NCBI GenBank assembly: GCA_004431415.1
Contig: QPMI01000392.1
Coordinates: 1 to 64,000, forward strand
Direction: 5' to 3'
Source: Cyanophora paradoxa CCMP329
Taxonomy: Eukaryota; Plantae; Glaucophyta
Length of the DNA stretch: 64,000 nucleotides
Below the pieces are notes generated by a model. That model saw only the letters and a list, made by a program, of their open reading frames with translations, searched no databases and had not been told where the DNA came from. Positions 47,370-58,616 of this stretch are shown here, one piece after another. A program made the translations under genes and the position numbers. Positions within the stretch are counted from its first letter, which is position 1. Each line of letters starts with the position of its first letter.

Positions 47370-49495
47370 GGGTCTCACCGAAGAGCCCCCGGGCCCGCCC
47401 AGGGGTACAGGCGCCGTAGCCGGAATCGACCAGGCGGGCTATCAGGGGGCGAGGCTCGGTCCGCCCGTACCCCCCACTCTGCCCGCTCCCCGCGACCGCC
47501 GCTCGCCCCGTCTCACCGAAGAGCCCCCGGGCCCGCCCAGGGGTACAGACGCCGTAGCCGGAATCGACCAGGCGGGCTATCAGGGGCGAGGCTCGGTCCG
47601 TCCGTACCCCCCACTCTGCCCGCTCCCGCCGCTCGTTCCGTCTCGCCGAAGAGCTCACGGGCCCGCCCAGGGGTACAGGCGCCGTAGCCGGAATCGACCA
47701 GGCGGGCTATCAGGGGCGAGGCTCGGTCCGTCCGTACCCCCCACTCCGCCCGCTCCCGCCGCTCGCCCCGTCTCAACCGAAGAGCTCACGGGCTTGCCCA
47801 GGGGTACAGGCGCCGTAGCCGGAATCGACCAGGCGGGCCATCAGGGGGCGAGGCTCGGTCCGGCCGCACCCCCCCACTCTGCCCGCCCCCCGCCGCTCGC
47901 CCCGTCTCACCGAAGAACCCCCGGGCCCGCCCAGGGGTACAGGCGCCGTAGCCGGAATCGACCAGGCGGGCTATCAGGGGGCGAGGCTCGGTCCGCCCGT
48001 ACCCCCCACTCTGCCCGCTCCCCGCGACCGCCGCTCGCCCCGTCTCACCGAAGAGCCCCCGGGCCCGCCCAGGGGTACAGGCGCCGTAGCCGGAATCGAC
48101 CAGGCGGGCCATCAGGGGCGAGGCTCGGTCCGTCTGTACCCCCCACTCTGCCCACTCCCGCCGCTCGTTCCGTCTCGCCGAAGAGCTCACGGGCCCGCCC
48201 AGGGGTACAGGCGCCGTAGCCGGAATCGACCAGGCGGGCTATCAGGGGCGAGGCTCGGTCCGTCCGTACCCCCCACTCTGCCCGCTCCCCGCGGCCGCCG
48301 CTCGCCCCGTCTCGCCGACGAGCCCACGGGCTTGCCCAGGGGTACAGGCGCCGTAGCCGGAATCGACCAGGCGGGCTATCAGGGGGCGAGGCTCGGTCCG
48401 TCCGTACCCCCCACTCTGCCCGCTCCCCGCGACCGCCGCTCGCCCCGTCTCACCGAAGAGCCCTCGGGCCCGCCCAGGGGTACAGGCGCCGTAGCCGGAA
48501 TCGACCAGGCGGGCCATCAGGGGCGAGGCTCGGTCCGTCCGTACCCCCCACTCTGCCCGCTCCCGCCGCTCGTTCCGTCTCGCCGAAGAGCTCACGGGCC
48601 CGCCCAGGGGTACAGGCGCCGTAGCCGGAATCGACCAGGCGGGCCATAAGCGGCGGGCCCGGTTCGTCCGTACCCCCGCTCTCCCAGCACCCTCTGGCCG
48701 CTCGCCGCGTCTCACCGAGGGCTCGCGGGCCCGCCCAGGGGTACAGGCGCCGTAGCCGGAATCGACCAGGCGGGCTATCAGGGGCGAGGCTCGGTCCGTC
48801 CGTACCCCCCACTCTGCCCGCTCCCCGCGGCCGCCGCTCGCCCCGTCTCACCGAAGAGCCCCCGGGCCTGCCCAGGGGTACAGGCGCCGTAGCCGGAATC
48901 AACCAGGCGGGCTATCAGGGGGCGAGGCTCGGTCCGGCCGTACCCCCCACTCTGCCCGCTCCCCGCCGCTCGCCCCGTCTCACCAAAGAGCTCACGGGCC
49001 CGCCCAGGGGTACAGGCACCGTAGCCGGAATCGACCAGGCGGGCTATCAGGGGGCGAGGCTCGGTCCGCCCGTACCCCCCACTCTGCCCGCTCCCCGCCG
49101 CTCGCCCCGTCTCACCGAAGAGCCCCCGGGCCTGCCCAGGGGTACAGGCGCCGTAGCCGGAATCGACCAGGCGGGCCATAAGCGGCGGGCCCGGTCCGTC
49201 CGTACCCCCCACTCTGCCCGCTCCCCGCGTCCGCAAACTGCCGGATGTCCTCCGCCCCGTCTCACCGAAGAACCCCCGGGCCTGCCCAGGGGTACAGGCG
49301 CCGTAGCCGGAATCGACCAGGCGGGCCATAAGCGGCGGGCCCGGTCCGTCCGTACCCCCCACTCTGCCCGCTCCCCGCGTCCGCAGCTCGCCCTGTCTCA
49401 CCGAAGAGCCCCCGGGCCCCGCCCAGGGTTACAGGCGCCGTAGCCGGAATCGACCAGGCGGGCTTCGAGGGGCGAGGCCCGGCCCCCTTCCGTAC
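47370..49495 (-). repeat. Hub 4, type-A tandem array (16 units, ~130-138 bp)
   Basis: Reverse cores from ~47419 to ~49443. Confidence 0.95.
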
Positions 49496-49735
49496 CCCCC
49501 GCCGCCCCCGCTCCCCAAGCATATCCTTCCTCTCTCTTTCCACCCCTTTCGTCCCCCTGCCCCCCTCCCCCCCCTCTTTCCCTCCCCCCCCCCTCCCCCT
49601 ATCTCCATCCCCCCCCCCCCCCCCCTCGTCTCGATCCGGCCCTCGGCCGCGAGGGCGCGCGGCCCGGTTCAATTTCTTGTAACACGCATCCCACAAGCTC
49701 GCTTGCCTACCCCCCCGCGCTCTCCGGGCCGGGGC

Positions 49736-50841
49736 CTACTGCTTCCCGCCGACCCCCATCGCGGCAAAGAGGGCGAGGGGCACGCCGAGGCCGCGGTGCT
49801 GCCCGCCGCGCGGCCCGATGCGCTCGGGGCGCATCGCGAGGGCGGGCGCCTTGTTCTCGTCGACCCAGCGGACGCAGAGGTCGCGCCCCGAGGCCCGCCC
49901 CGCCCGCTGCACCGCGACGCCGTTGGGCCCCGGGAGGCGCTCGCCCGCGCCAAAGATCCGCTCGGGGAAAAAGACCAGGTGCGCCGGCGAGCGCGGGTGC
50001 GGCACGCAGCGCTCCGGGTCCGAGCGGGACTCGTGCAGGCGGCGGAGGAACCAGGCGACGGCCTCGGCCGAGACGCGCGGGTCGCCCGTCGCCGGCGGCG
50101 CCCCGCCGGCGGCCCGCCTCCCGTCGGCCGCGTCGCGCAGCGCCCTGGCCTCTTGCGCCTCGCGCGCCTCGGAGGCGAGGCGGGCGGCAAGGGCGTCCAG
50201 GCGGGCGTCGGCGGCGAACCCGCCGCGCACGACGGCGGCGAGCTCGGCCGGCCCGAGCCCCGCGACGGCCCCGGCGAGCCCCTCGACGGCCTCGGCCCCC
50301 TCGGCCGGGGCGGAGCCCCCGCGGCGGCCGCGGCGGCCAGCAGGCGGCGCGCCCGCTCCCCCAGGTACGCCTCCGGGTGGAGCCGCAGGATCCCCGTCCG
50401 CTCCGGGCGGTCCCCCCACGCGAGGCGGCAGGAGAGGGCGACGAGGGCGCACAGGTTGGCGAGGTCGGCCGCCTCGCGGGCCTGGGCGCGGCCCCAGCGG
50501 TGCCCGCCCTCGGGCGAGTACCCCTCGCCGTACGCCGCCCAGAGGGGCGCGGGGTCGGCCCCGCCGGCGGCCGCCGCCGCCTCCGAGTCGTCCCAGCAGG
50601 CGTCGCTGGGCGCGAGCTCCACCTTGGACGCCCAGCGGGCCCCGCAGGCGATGCGCGCCTCGGCGTAGACGCGCTCGTCGCGGCTGCGCATCGTGGTCCG
50701 CCCCCGCCGGGCCCCGCCCTCGCCCGCACCGCCGGCGTCTTGAAGGCGCGCACGCGGGCCCCAGGGCGGCGGCGGCGTGGGCCACGAGCCCCGCGGCGAG
50801 GCGGGCGGCGAGGCGCCCGAGGTCCCCGCGCTCCGCCCCGC

Positions 50842-50873
<32 letters not shown>

Positions 50874-53800
50874 CGGTCGGCCGGCCGCGCCGCCGGCTCC
50901 AGCGCGAGCAGCTCGGCCGCCTCGACGAGCGGCGCCCGCCGGTGCGCGGCAAAGAGGCGCCCCTCGCGCGCCGCCTCGCCAACCCGCCGCGCCGCCGCCG
51001 CGTCGGGGTCCGGGAGGGGCGAGAGGATGGCCGACGGGGTCACGGGCGGCTCGCAGCCGGCGGCGAGGAGGAGGAGGGCGGCGCTGCGGCGCGAGTGGGC
51101 CTCGTCGGGGGCGTCGGGGAGGATGTTGCGCCCGCCATCCTGGCCCCGCACGTGCGCCACCGTCTCCATGTGCGCCAGAAAGGCGGCCCCGTAGCCGCGC
51201 AGCGCCGCGTGGTGCGCGTCCCGGGCCCGCAGGGCGAGGCGGAGCTCGGCGGGCCCGACCTCCTCCTCCCGCAGGCGGTAGTCGGCGGCGACGCGGCCCA
51301 GGCGGTACCCGCGCCGCTCCGCGTCGGCGACGCCGCCGGCGGCGTCGTCCACGTCGCCCCCGAGGCCGTGCATCGCCTCTTGCACGCGCCCCTCGCGCCC
51401 CGGCGCGAGGGGCGGCGCCGCGGCGTGCGGGAGGACGATCTCGATCTCGAGGGCCCGCTCCGCGGCCCACTTGGCCTCGGCCTGCAGCGCCTCGTCCCAC
51501 GCGGGCTGCGCGCCGCCCGGGAGGAAGACGCCGCGGGCGCCGGCGGCGAGCATGCGCATGTGGACGGCCACCAGCGGGTCGGCCCGCGAGGCCCGCAGCA
51601 CCGCCAGCTTGTGCGCCTGCACGCGCAGCGCCGCCCGCATCTCGTGCGAGGCGAGGGCGCCGGCGAGCCCGCGGCGGCCCCAGGTCTCCTCCAGGGCCCG
51701 CTCCCGCGCCGCCAGGATCGCCTCCGGGTCCGTCTCCCCGGGGTCGCCGCCCTCGCCCCCGCGCCCCTCTTCCTCGGCCGCCTTTTCGTCCTCCTCCTGA
51801 CCGCCGCCGCCGTCGCCGACGCAGAGGATGACGCGGTCGCTGCGGATGCAGCGGACGCGGCCGGCGAGCTGCCAGAGCTGCACGACGCTCCCCGTGCGGC
51901 CCGACTCGGCGATGACGAGGACGTCGTACGGGTGCTCGGGGTCCGTGTAGTCGGCCCCCTGGTGGATGGCGTAGTTGTACGCAAAGAGCCGCACCTCGCG
52001 GCAGACGTGCCCCTTGTCCAGCGCCCGCGCCCGCTCCTCGGCGCGGGCGTCGGCGTAGACGTAGAGGTCGCGCTCGCCGCCGCCGCGCAGGCCCGGGTGG
52101 CCGCGGACGGCGCCCATCGTGCGGAAGAGGGTGCGGCGGTCCGAGCTGGCGACGGCGACGCGGCGGCCGCCGAGGAGGAGCGCCGCCACGATGTCCCCCG
52201 CCATCCCCAGGGGGTACGCGAGCGCCTCGCGGCGCGCGGCGGGGCCCCGCGGGGCGGGGCGCAGGGTGTAGGAGACGACGCGGGCGGCGCCGGGCGCGGC
52301 CGGCTCCGGGTGGCGCAGGGCGAGGTAGTAGTCGACGTCGTGCTGGCAGAGGTCGGCGTCGGAGACGAGGACGATGGAGGCCTCGCGCAGGAGGCGCCCC
52401 AGGCGCGCCAGGGCCTGGTTCTGGCGCGCCTCCGGCGCCAGCGTCTCCGAGAGGACGGCCGTCACGATCGCCTTGGCCCCCTCGTCGAGGATCACGACGG
52501 GAAAGACCCCGTCGAAGCGCCGGACCGACTCGACGGTGCTGAGGAGCGCGGCGGCGTCGGGCGCCCCGTCCCGCACGTCGCGGTACGAGACCCACCGCGC
52601 CACCGTCGCCCACTCGGGGTCCCGCTGAATCTCGGGCGCGTGCAGCCGCCCCGCGACGAGGTAGAGGATGGAGCGCTGCCCCTCGGCGAAGCGGACGCCG
52701 AAGCGGGCCGGGTCGGCCACGATCGCGCGGGAGATCGAGACGCAGGCGCGCGTCTTGCCGTCCCCCATGCCCCCCCGCAGGAAGAGGGTGCGCGCCTGCC
52801 CCTCGGGGCCCTCGAGCTCGCGGGCGATGCGCGCCCCGTCGACGTAGCGCCGGTTCGGCCCCTCGCCCCCGGCGTCGTCGTCGATCCCCAGCCACGCCGC
52901 CTCCAGGTCGGGCCGCCCCGCCGGCGGCGCCAGCGGCCTCCCGAGGCTCGGGAGCGGGACGCGGGCCCAGAGGGCCGCCTGCTCGGGCGCCACCTCCAGG
53001 GGGGTCGGCCCGTCCGGGGAGCCGGCGGGGGCCGCCAGCCGCTCCTCGAGGTGCGCGGCCAGCCCCGCCACGAACTTCTGGCGCGCCGCCGACATGGTCG
53101 GCTGGGCCGCCCGCGGCCCCGTCGCCCCCAGCAGGCCCGTCGACGCGGGGAGGAGGCCGGCGGCGACGGCGGCGCCGACGGTGGCGCGGTGCACGGCCCG
53201 CTGCACGGCCGAGATCGACGAGGTCCAGGCGCGCCCCAGGCGGACCTCGGGCGCCGCCTTGGGGCCCGGGCCCGGGCCCGAGCCGGCGGCTCCGGCGGCG
53301 GCCGCCGCCTCCGCCGCCTTCGCCTCCTCGCAGGCGTCGCAGGCGTGCGCGCGGGCCGTCCCCTCGAGGGCGTCGACGCGCACGAGGCCGCGGCGGTCGC
53401 CGCAGAGGGCGCAGGGGGCCTTGACGCGGTACTCGACGGTGTCGGTGCCCAGGTCGGCGCGGGCCGGGTACGGCGCCGCCGCCGGGTCCGGGAGCGCGAG
53501 GGGCGGGAGCTCGCGGGCGGCGCGGGCGGCGGAGATCGCGGCGTTGGCCGCCTCGGAGAGGAGCGGGAGCCAGCGGCCGAGGGCCTCGGCGGCCTCGGGC
53601 GGCGGCGGGGCGGGGAGCCCCTCGGCAAAGGCGAGGGCGCCCCGCAGCGGCCGCTCGGCGCACGCGAGGCTGAAGCAGTGGGCGGAGCCCGCCAGCACGC
53701 CCCACGCCCCAAACGGGGCGACGGCGAGGCGCGTGTTCTGGCTGCTGTGGACGCGCCCGTGGAGGCAGGGCCCGCCGGCGGGGCGCGAGACGTAGGCCTC

Positions 53801-55219
53801 GACCTCACCGCCCTGTCGCTCCCACTCCCGGCCGCTCTCGGCGGGGTAGACGGCGCGGGCGAGGCGGAGGCGGTCCGGCGGCACCTCGGGCCCGCTCGGA
53901 TCGACCGCGGCCGCCGCGGCGGCGGCCGGGTCGGTCGCGCCCGGCGCGCCGCGGCGGGGGCGCTTGGGCCCGCGGCCGCGCGGCCGACCGCCCTCTTCGC
54001 GATCGCCGGCGCCCTCTGCCCTCCGCTTGGGGGCGGCCCGGCGGGCGAGGTCGGCGCCGGCGGGGCGCGGGAGGGCCGGGAGGTCGAGGAAGACGGCCTC
54101 GGCGAGGGCGGAGCGGAGCCAGGCGTAGAAGTCGCGGTTCCAGGCGACGATGGCGGGGTCGGCCCGCGCCGTGCAGAGGTCGACGGCGTCGCCGCGGGCG
54201 GGATCGACGAGGGCGGCCCGGTCGGCGATCGCCACCGGGTAGCGCAGCGTCCAGCCGTGGTAGTGCGTGTCCTCCCGCATCCCGCAGTTCGGGTTCCACG
54301 TGCTCACGTCCACGGCCCCCGCCTCGAGCAGGGCGCCGGCGAGCGCGGGCCCGAGCTTGCGCTCCATCCAGGGCTTCACGACGGCCGCGAGGGCGTCGGC
54401 GCCGCGCCACGAGGACCGCCTCTTGTCGACCATGCCGGGCACGGCGCGCGTGCCGGCCGACCGCGAGGCCCGCTTCCAGTCGCCCGGGAAGCGGGCGCGG
54501 GCGCGGGCGAGCCTGAGCTCCCACTGGCGCAGGTCCTCGGCGTCGTAGAGGCGGGCGGCCTCGGAGCGGGCGATCAGCTCGCGCTCCATCACGACGACGT
54601 GGAACCCCTTGAGGCCGCTGAAGACGACGAGGGCGCGCAGGCCGGACGCCTCGCAGGCGGCGGCGAGGTCGTGGGCGAGGCGGGCGACGCGGGCCACGTC
54701 GGGGAGGCGGCGGCAGTACTCGCCCAGCGTGCGGGCCTCGGCCAGGACGCCGCAGAGGTACTCTTTCTTGCACTCGGCCCGCTGCGCGTCGCCCACCGCC
54801 CCCTCGCAGACCTCGGCCGGCACCTCGACGTGCACGTCGAGGTCAAAGGCGCCCAGAAAGGCGAGCTTGGCGGCGCGGCCGTCGCGCAGCCGGACGGCCG
54901 GCTGGAGGCAGACTTGGGCGACGTTGCGGGGGCGGGACGCCGACGGGGCGCCCTGCACGCCGGCGAGGGCGTCGAGGGGGACCCGCCGCCACGAGGTGCG
55001 GTAGATGGCGTCCCGGTGCGCCCCGGGGCGCCCGATCTTGACAAAGAGGGCGGCGCTGGCAGGGTCGACGTCCGAGGCGGGCGGCACCGAGGGCTGCGCG
55101 CGGGGGGGGGCGACGCCCGCCGGCGCCGCCGCCCCGTCCCTGGCGCGCTTCGGCGCGGGGACGGGCCCCGCGGCGCCCCTCGGCCCGGCGATGCAGAGCG
55201 GCCCCTCGGCAAGTTCCAT
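49736..55219 (-). CDS. AEP primase(-polymerase) / Zn finger / UL9-like SF2 origin-binding helicase fusion, ~1827 aa
   Basis: AEP motifs FDLDV and VFSGLKGFHV; UL52/PrimPol-type Zn finger CLHGRVHSSQN...HCFSLAC; second CALC..CDAC; helicase motifs LRGGMGDGKT, STVESVRR, VILDE, VSDAD, VASSD, QLAGRVR parallel herpes UL9 (RAPMGSGKT, QVESLHR, VLDE, MDAT, FSST, QSLGRVR). Confidence 0.9.
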
Positions 55220-55287
55220 TCCGTTCTCGCTTTTTCCCTGGCGCAGGCGAGGAATGGCGATCAACGCCCCTGCTCCCCGCGGGGCGG

Positions 55288-55497
55288 GCCCCTTTTCTTG
55301 GCGGAAACGAACGGGAATCCCGCGCCGCGGCCGGCCGTACCCCCGACCTCCGCGGCCGGTGCCGCTCCCCGCGCGATCCGAGCCGGCGGGGCGCGGCTCC
55401 CCGCCCGCCGCGTACCCCGGCGAGGTGCCCCGAGCCCCTCCCCTCCCCGCCCCCGTCCCCGCCCCGCACGCCCGCCGCGTCCGACCATAAAAGGGCG
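55288..55497. promoter_or_regulatory. Divergent promoter shared by the primase-helicase and RING genes
   Basis: GGGAATCCC 55313-55321; AAGAAAAGGG on the minus strand ~55290; CATAAAAGGG at ~55486-55495 on the plus strand. Confidence 0.6.
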
Positions 55498-55592
55498 CCC
55501 CTGGGCGGGGGGTAGACGAGGAAGAGCGAGGGGTGCGCGACCGCAGTACCCCGTCCGCTCGAACTCGGTCGACGCAGGGTTCTCCCTACCCC

Positions 55593-56267
55593 ATGAGCGC
55601 CCGCGGGCACCGGGCCACCCCGTACCCCAGGCGCTTCGGCGGGGAGCGGGACCCGCTCCGCGCGCGGAGCGGGCACGGTCTGCACGAGTACGACGCGGCG
55701 CGCGGCTCCATCCGCGTGCCTCTGCCCGTGGCGCGCGGCAAGTCCTGGGTCGAGACCGAGGTCGTCGAGGCGCCGGCGGGGGGCGACCCGCGCACGGACC
55801 CCGCCGCCCTCGCCCGCTTCGTCTCCCTCGGCCACCTCGCCGCCCTCACCTGCTGGTGCATGCGGAACGCGTCGAGCGCCGAGCTGCCGGCCGGCGCGGC
55901 CGGCGCCGACGAGAGGGACCCGTGCGCGGTCTGCCTGGAGCCGCACGCGCGGCCCGTCCGCCTCGCCTGCAACCACGTCTTCTGCCTCCACTGCCTCGCC
56001 TCGCTGCCCCCCGCCGACTTTCGCTGCCCCCTCTGCCGCGCCGCCCCCGGCGCCGGCATCACCTTTCTCGCCGGCGAGCACGCGGCGCGGTGGCGGGCGG
56101 ACCCGCAGGGCTACGGGCGGCGCCTCGACGAGGGGGCGGCGGCGCTCCCCGCCTGGGCGCCGCAGGCGTTTCGCGATCGCTACCGCTCGGCCGCGTGGCT
56201 CGTCCCCCCCGAGCTGCACTCGGGCCCTCGCCCCCGGCCCGCCCCCGCGGCCGCTCACGATCAGTGA
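55593..56267 (+). CDS. C3HC4 RING-finger protein (putative E3 ubiquitin ligase), 224 aa
   Basis: CAVCLE...LACNHVFCLHCL...CPLCR. Confidence 0.9.
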   Translation: MSARGHRATPYPRRFGGERDPLRARSGHGLHEYDAARGSIRVPLPVARGKSWVETEVVEAPAGGDPRTDPAALARFVSLGHLAALTCWCMRNASSAELPAGAAGADERDPCAVCLEPHARPVRLACNHVFCLHCLASLPPADFRCPLCRAAPGAGITFLAGEHAARWRADPQGYGRRLDEGAAALPAWAPQAFRDRYRSAAWLVPPELHSGPRPRPAPAAAHDQ

Positions 56268-56319
56268 TCCTCCCATCTTCCCCCTTGCAATATTAATTGA
56301 TTGGAACGTGCATGTGCTC

Positions 56320-56670
56320 TCGGTGAGACGAGGCGAGGGCGCGGCAGGGGGCGGGGGGGGCGGGGGTACGGCCGAACCGAGCCCCGCCGCTTATGGCCCG
56401 CCTGGTCGATTCCGGCTACGGCGCCTGTACCCCTGCGCGGACCCGCGAGCTCGCGGTGAGACGAGGCGAGGGCGCGGCGGGGGGCGGGGGGGGCGGGGGT
56501 ACGGCCGAACCGAGCCCCGCCGCTTATGGCCCGCCTGGTCGATTCCGGCTACGGCGCCTGTACCCCTGGGCGGGCCCGTGAGCTCTTCGGTGAGACGAGG
56601 TGAGCGGCGGGGGGCGGGGCGAGCGGGGGGTACGGACGGACCGGGCCCACCGCTTATGGCCCGCCTGGGC
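56320..56670 (+). repeat. Hub 5, type-A array (2 full units plus 1 degenerate)
   Basis: Cores at 56401 and 56534, broken core ~56664. Confidence 0.9.
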
Positions 56671-56754
56671 AATTCCACCGATGTCCTGCGGGTCCTCGCT
56701 GAGAGGATGCGGGGGGCCAGGGGTAGTCGAAGAGGGATGGAAAAGGGCAGCGTT

Positions 56755-56960
56755 AGCAGGGGTACACACGCCGTAGCCGGAATCGACCAGGCCGCCCCTA
56801 CTGCGCGCCAGCTGCAGCGAGCCGAACGGGCCGCAGGGCGAGCGAGGGCGAGCGCGAGGGGCGTACGAGAATCGGAGAGGGCGCGATTGAGGGGTACACA
56901 CGCCGTAGCCGGAATCGACCAGGCCGCCCCTACTGCGAGCCAGATGCAGCGAGCCGTACG
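56755..56960 (-). repeat. Hub 5, type-B array (2 units)
   Basis: Reverse cores at ~56776 and 56908; junction CAGCGTTAGCAGGGGTACAC shared with hub 1. Confidence 0.9.
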
Positions 56961-57372
56961 GGGTGCTCGCCGCGGGTGCGCGAGGCCGGGGGTGCGCGAG
57001 GGGGTCCCCCGAACGGGCCCGCTCGGGCGTGGCATCTGCCAGATCTAGAGCAGCGGGCGGCCGCCGGCCAACTCGCCACAGGCTCGGCGAGGCGTGACGC
57101 GACCTTGCGCTCGAGCTCTTTTCCCTGCGAGGGCTGGGCTTCACGTGAACGGGCCGGGAAGGATTGAGGGGGGTAGGGCGCAGCGGGCTCCGTCGGGAAT
57201 CCCAACCGCGGCCGGGAATCCCCCACGCTCCCGGGTCACCAAGGGAATCGTGGGTCTATAAAAGGGTTCGCGGCCGCTCCGGTCGGCATCGAGCGTCATT
57301 CGCACTCGCGGCCTCGCACGCGCACCCGAAAGCTTACACCAGCCCAGACCTAGACCGCCCCAGCGATCGATC

Positions 57373-57984
57373 ATGAACGCCGCCAAAGTGGAGAGCCTGG
57401 TCATTCGCGCGACGGACCTGTTCGAGGACGACGAGCCAAAGCTCGTCGCCGCCGGCGCCAAACGGCCCCTCGACGCGCACGAGCGGATTTTCAGCTCTAA
57501 GCCTCTGGAGGAATGCAGCCCCAAGGAGCACCGGGAGATCCTCCGGGTCTGCGCCGACGGAGCCCGCGAAGTCGTGAACCTCGACTGCCGCGCCAGGATC
57601 GACGCGAAGCGCGCCAGAGCCGTAGACGCCATCGACCGAGCCTTCAAGTGCGCCCGTATCGAGCGATACGCCGGCACCACATCCGACAACTTCTGTAAGA
57701 AGATCAGCAATTACCAGGGGGCATGGACGGATGCGAAGAGCTTCCCCCGCCTCGAGCGGGAGATGTGGGATGGCTACGTGAACGAAGGCAGCCGGTACCG
57801 CGGGCCCCGGGCGAACAGCGGCGGGTACGCCAAGGCGGAGCTCGCGTTCCGGCTCTACCGGGAGGCGGTGCTCTGCCAGGAGCTGGAGTGGCGCAAGCCG
57901 ATCTACGAAGAGCTCGTTGCCGAGCTCGACGCGGCCCTCGCGGCCGCCCCCGCCCCCGCCCCCGCTAGCGCTCGTGACCAGTGA
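57373..57984 (+). CDS. Hypothetical protein, 203 aa (duplicate copy 1)
   Basis: GGGAATCCC x2 (57195, 57214) and TATAAAAGGG (57257) upstream; duplicated intact. Confidence 0.85.
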   Translation: MNAAKVESLVIRATDLFEDDEPKLVAAGAKRPLDAHERIFSSKPLEECSPKEHREILRVCADGAREVVNLDCRARIDAKRARAVDAIDRAFKCARIERYAGTTSDNFCKKISNYQGAWTDAKSFPRLEREMWDGYVNEGSRYRGPRANSGGYAKAELAFRLYREAVLCQELEWRKPIYEELVAELDAALAAAPAPAPASARDQ

Positions 57985-58616
57985 TCCTTTCCCTCTCCCT
58001 TCTTCCCCTTGGCCGTACCTGTACGCGTGGGGCCTCGCCTTTTCTCTCCAGACCCGCATGTATACGTATATGTGTGTTGCGTGAAACAAACGTTGTAACT
58101 AATTTATAAACCGACCCGTACCAGTGTGAACCATTGAACGCTATATATAGCTACGTATACCCACACTGTGTGTGAGACTCAGAGAGTGATCATGGGAGGA
58201 AATCTAGAGACGATGCGAATTCGAAGAGCAAGAACGTTAACGGGTACGCGAGCTTAGGCCGTACCCGAAATCCGGAATCGGTCACACCGCCTACAACGTA
58301 TATTTTACGTATATGTACGTATACTGCCGCAGTGCAGCCGCACGCCCCGCGCGCGATACCTCTGCCTTCTGTTATGCGTACTACGCTAGCTTTCGCTAGA
58401 ATACGTTTACTAGTACGTATACGTTTACGTATGGAAGTACTGGTGCAAGCATGGGCATTGATATTCGCATGCATCCTTATGCATCGTGGCCATGGCGTGA
58501 AGCTTATATCGCCTTTGACGCAGAACCGTACATGTAATTATATCCAACCAAATGCAAGCTAATTACAAGCGTTACTGCCAAGCGCATGCATACGTATATG
58601 CGACCTCCCAATCGCC

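Noticed and set aside
45880-49495. CRISPR array (constant ~32-nt core with ~95-nt intervening sequence)
   Set aside because: Intervening sequences are homologous to each other rather than unique spacers, arrays come in convergent pairs, the context is eukaryotic and no cas gene is present
50777-56296. 1839-aa plus-strand ORF and the 1332-aa ORF 49707-53705
   Set aside because: Antisense or off-frame shadows of the high-GC primase-helicase gene; no motifs
45880-56960. Classical DDE transposon, Polinton or Helitron
   Set aside because: No transposase, integrase, protein-primed PolB, capsid or HUH motif recognised, and no clear target-site duplication
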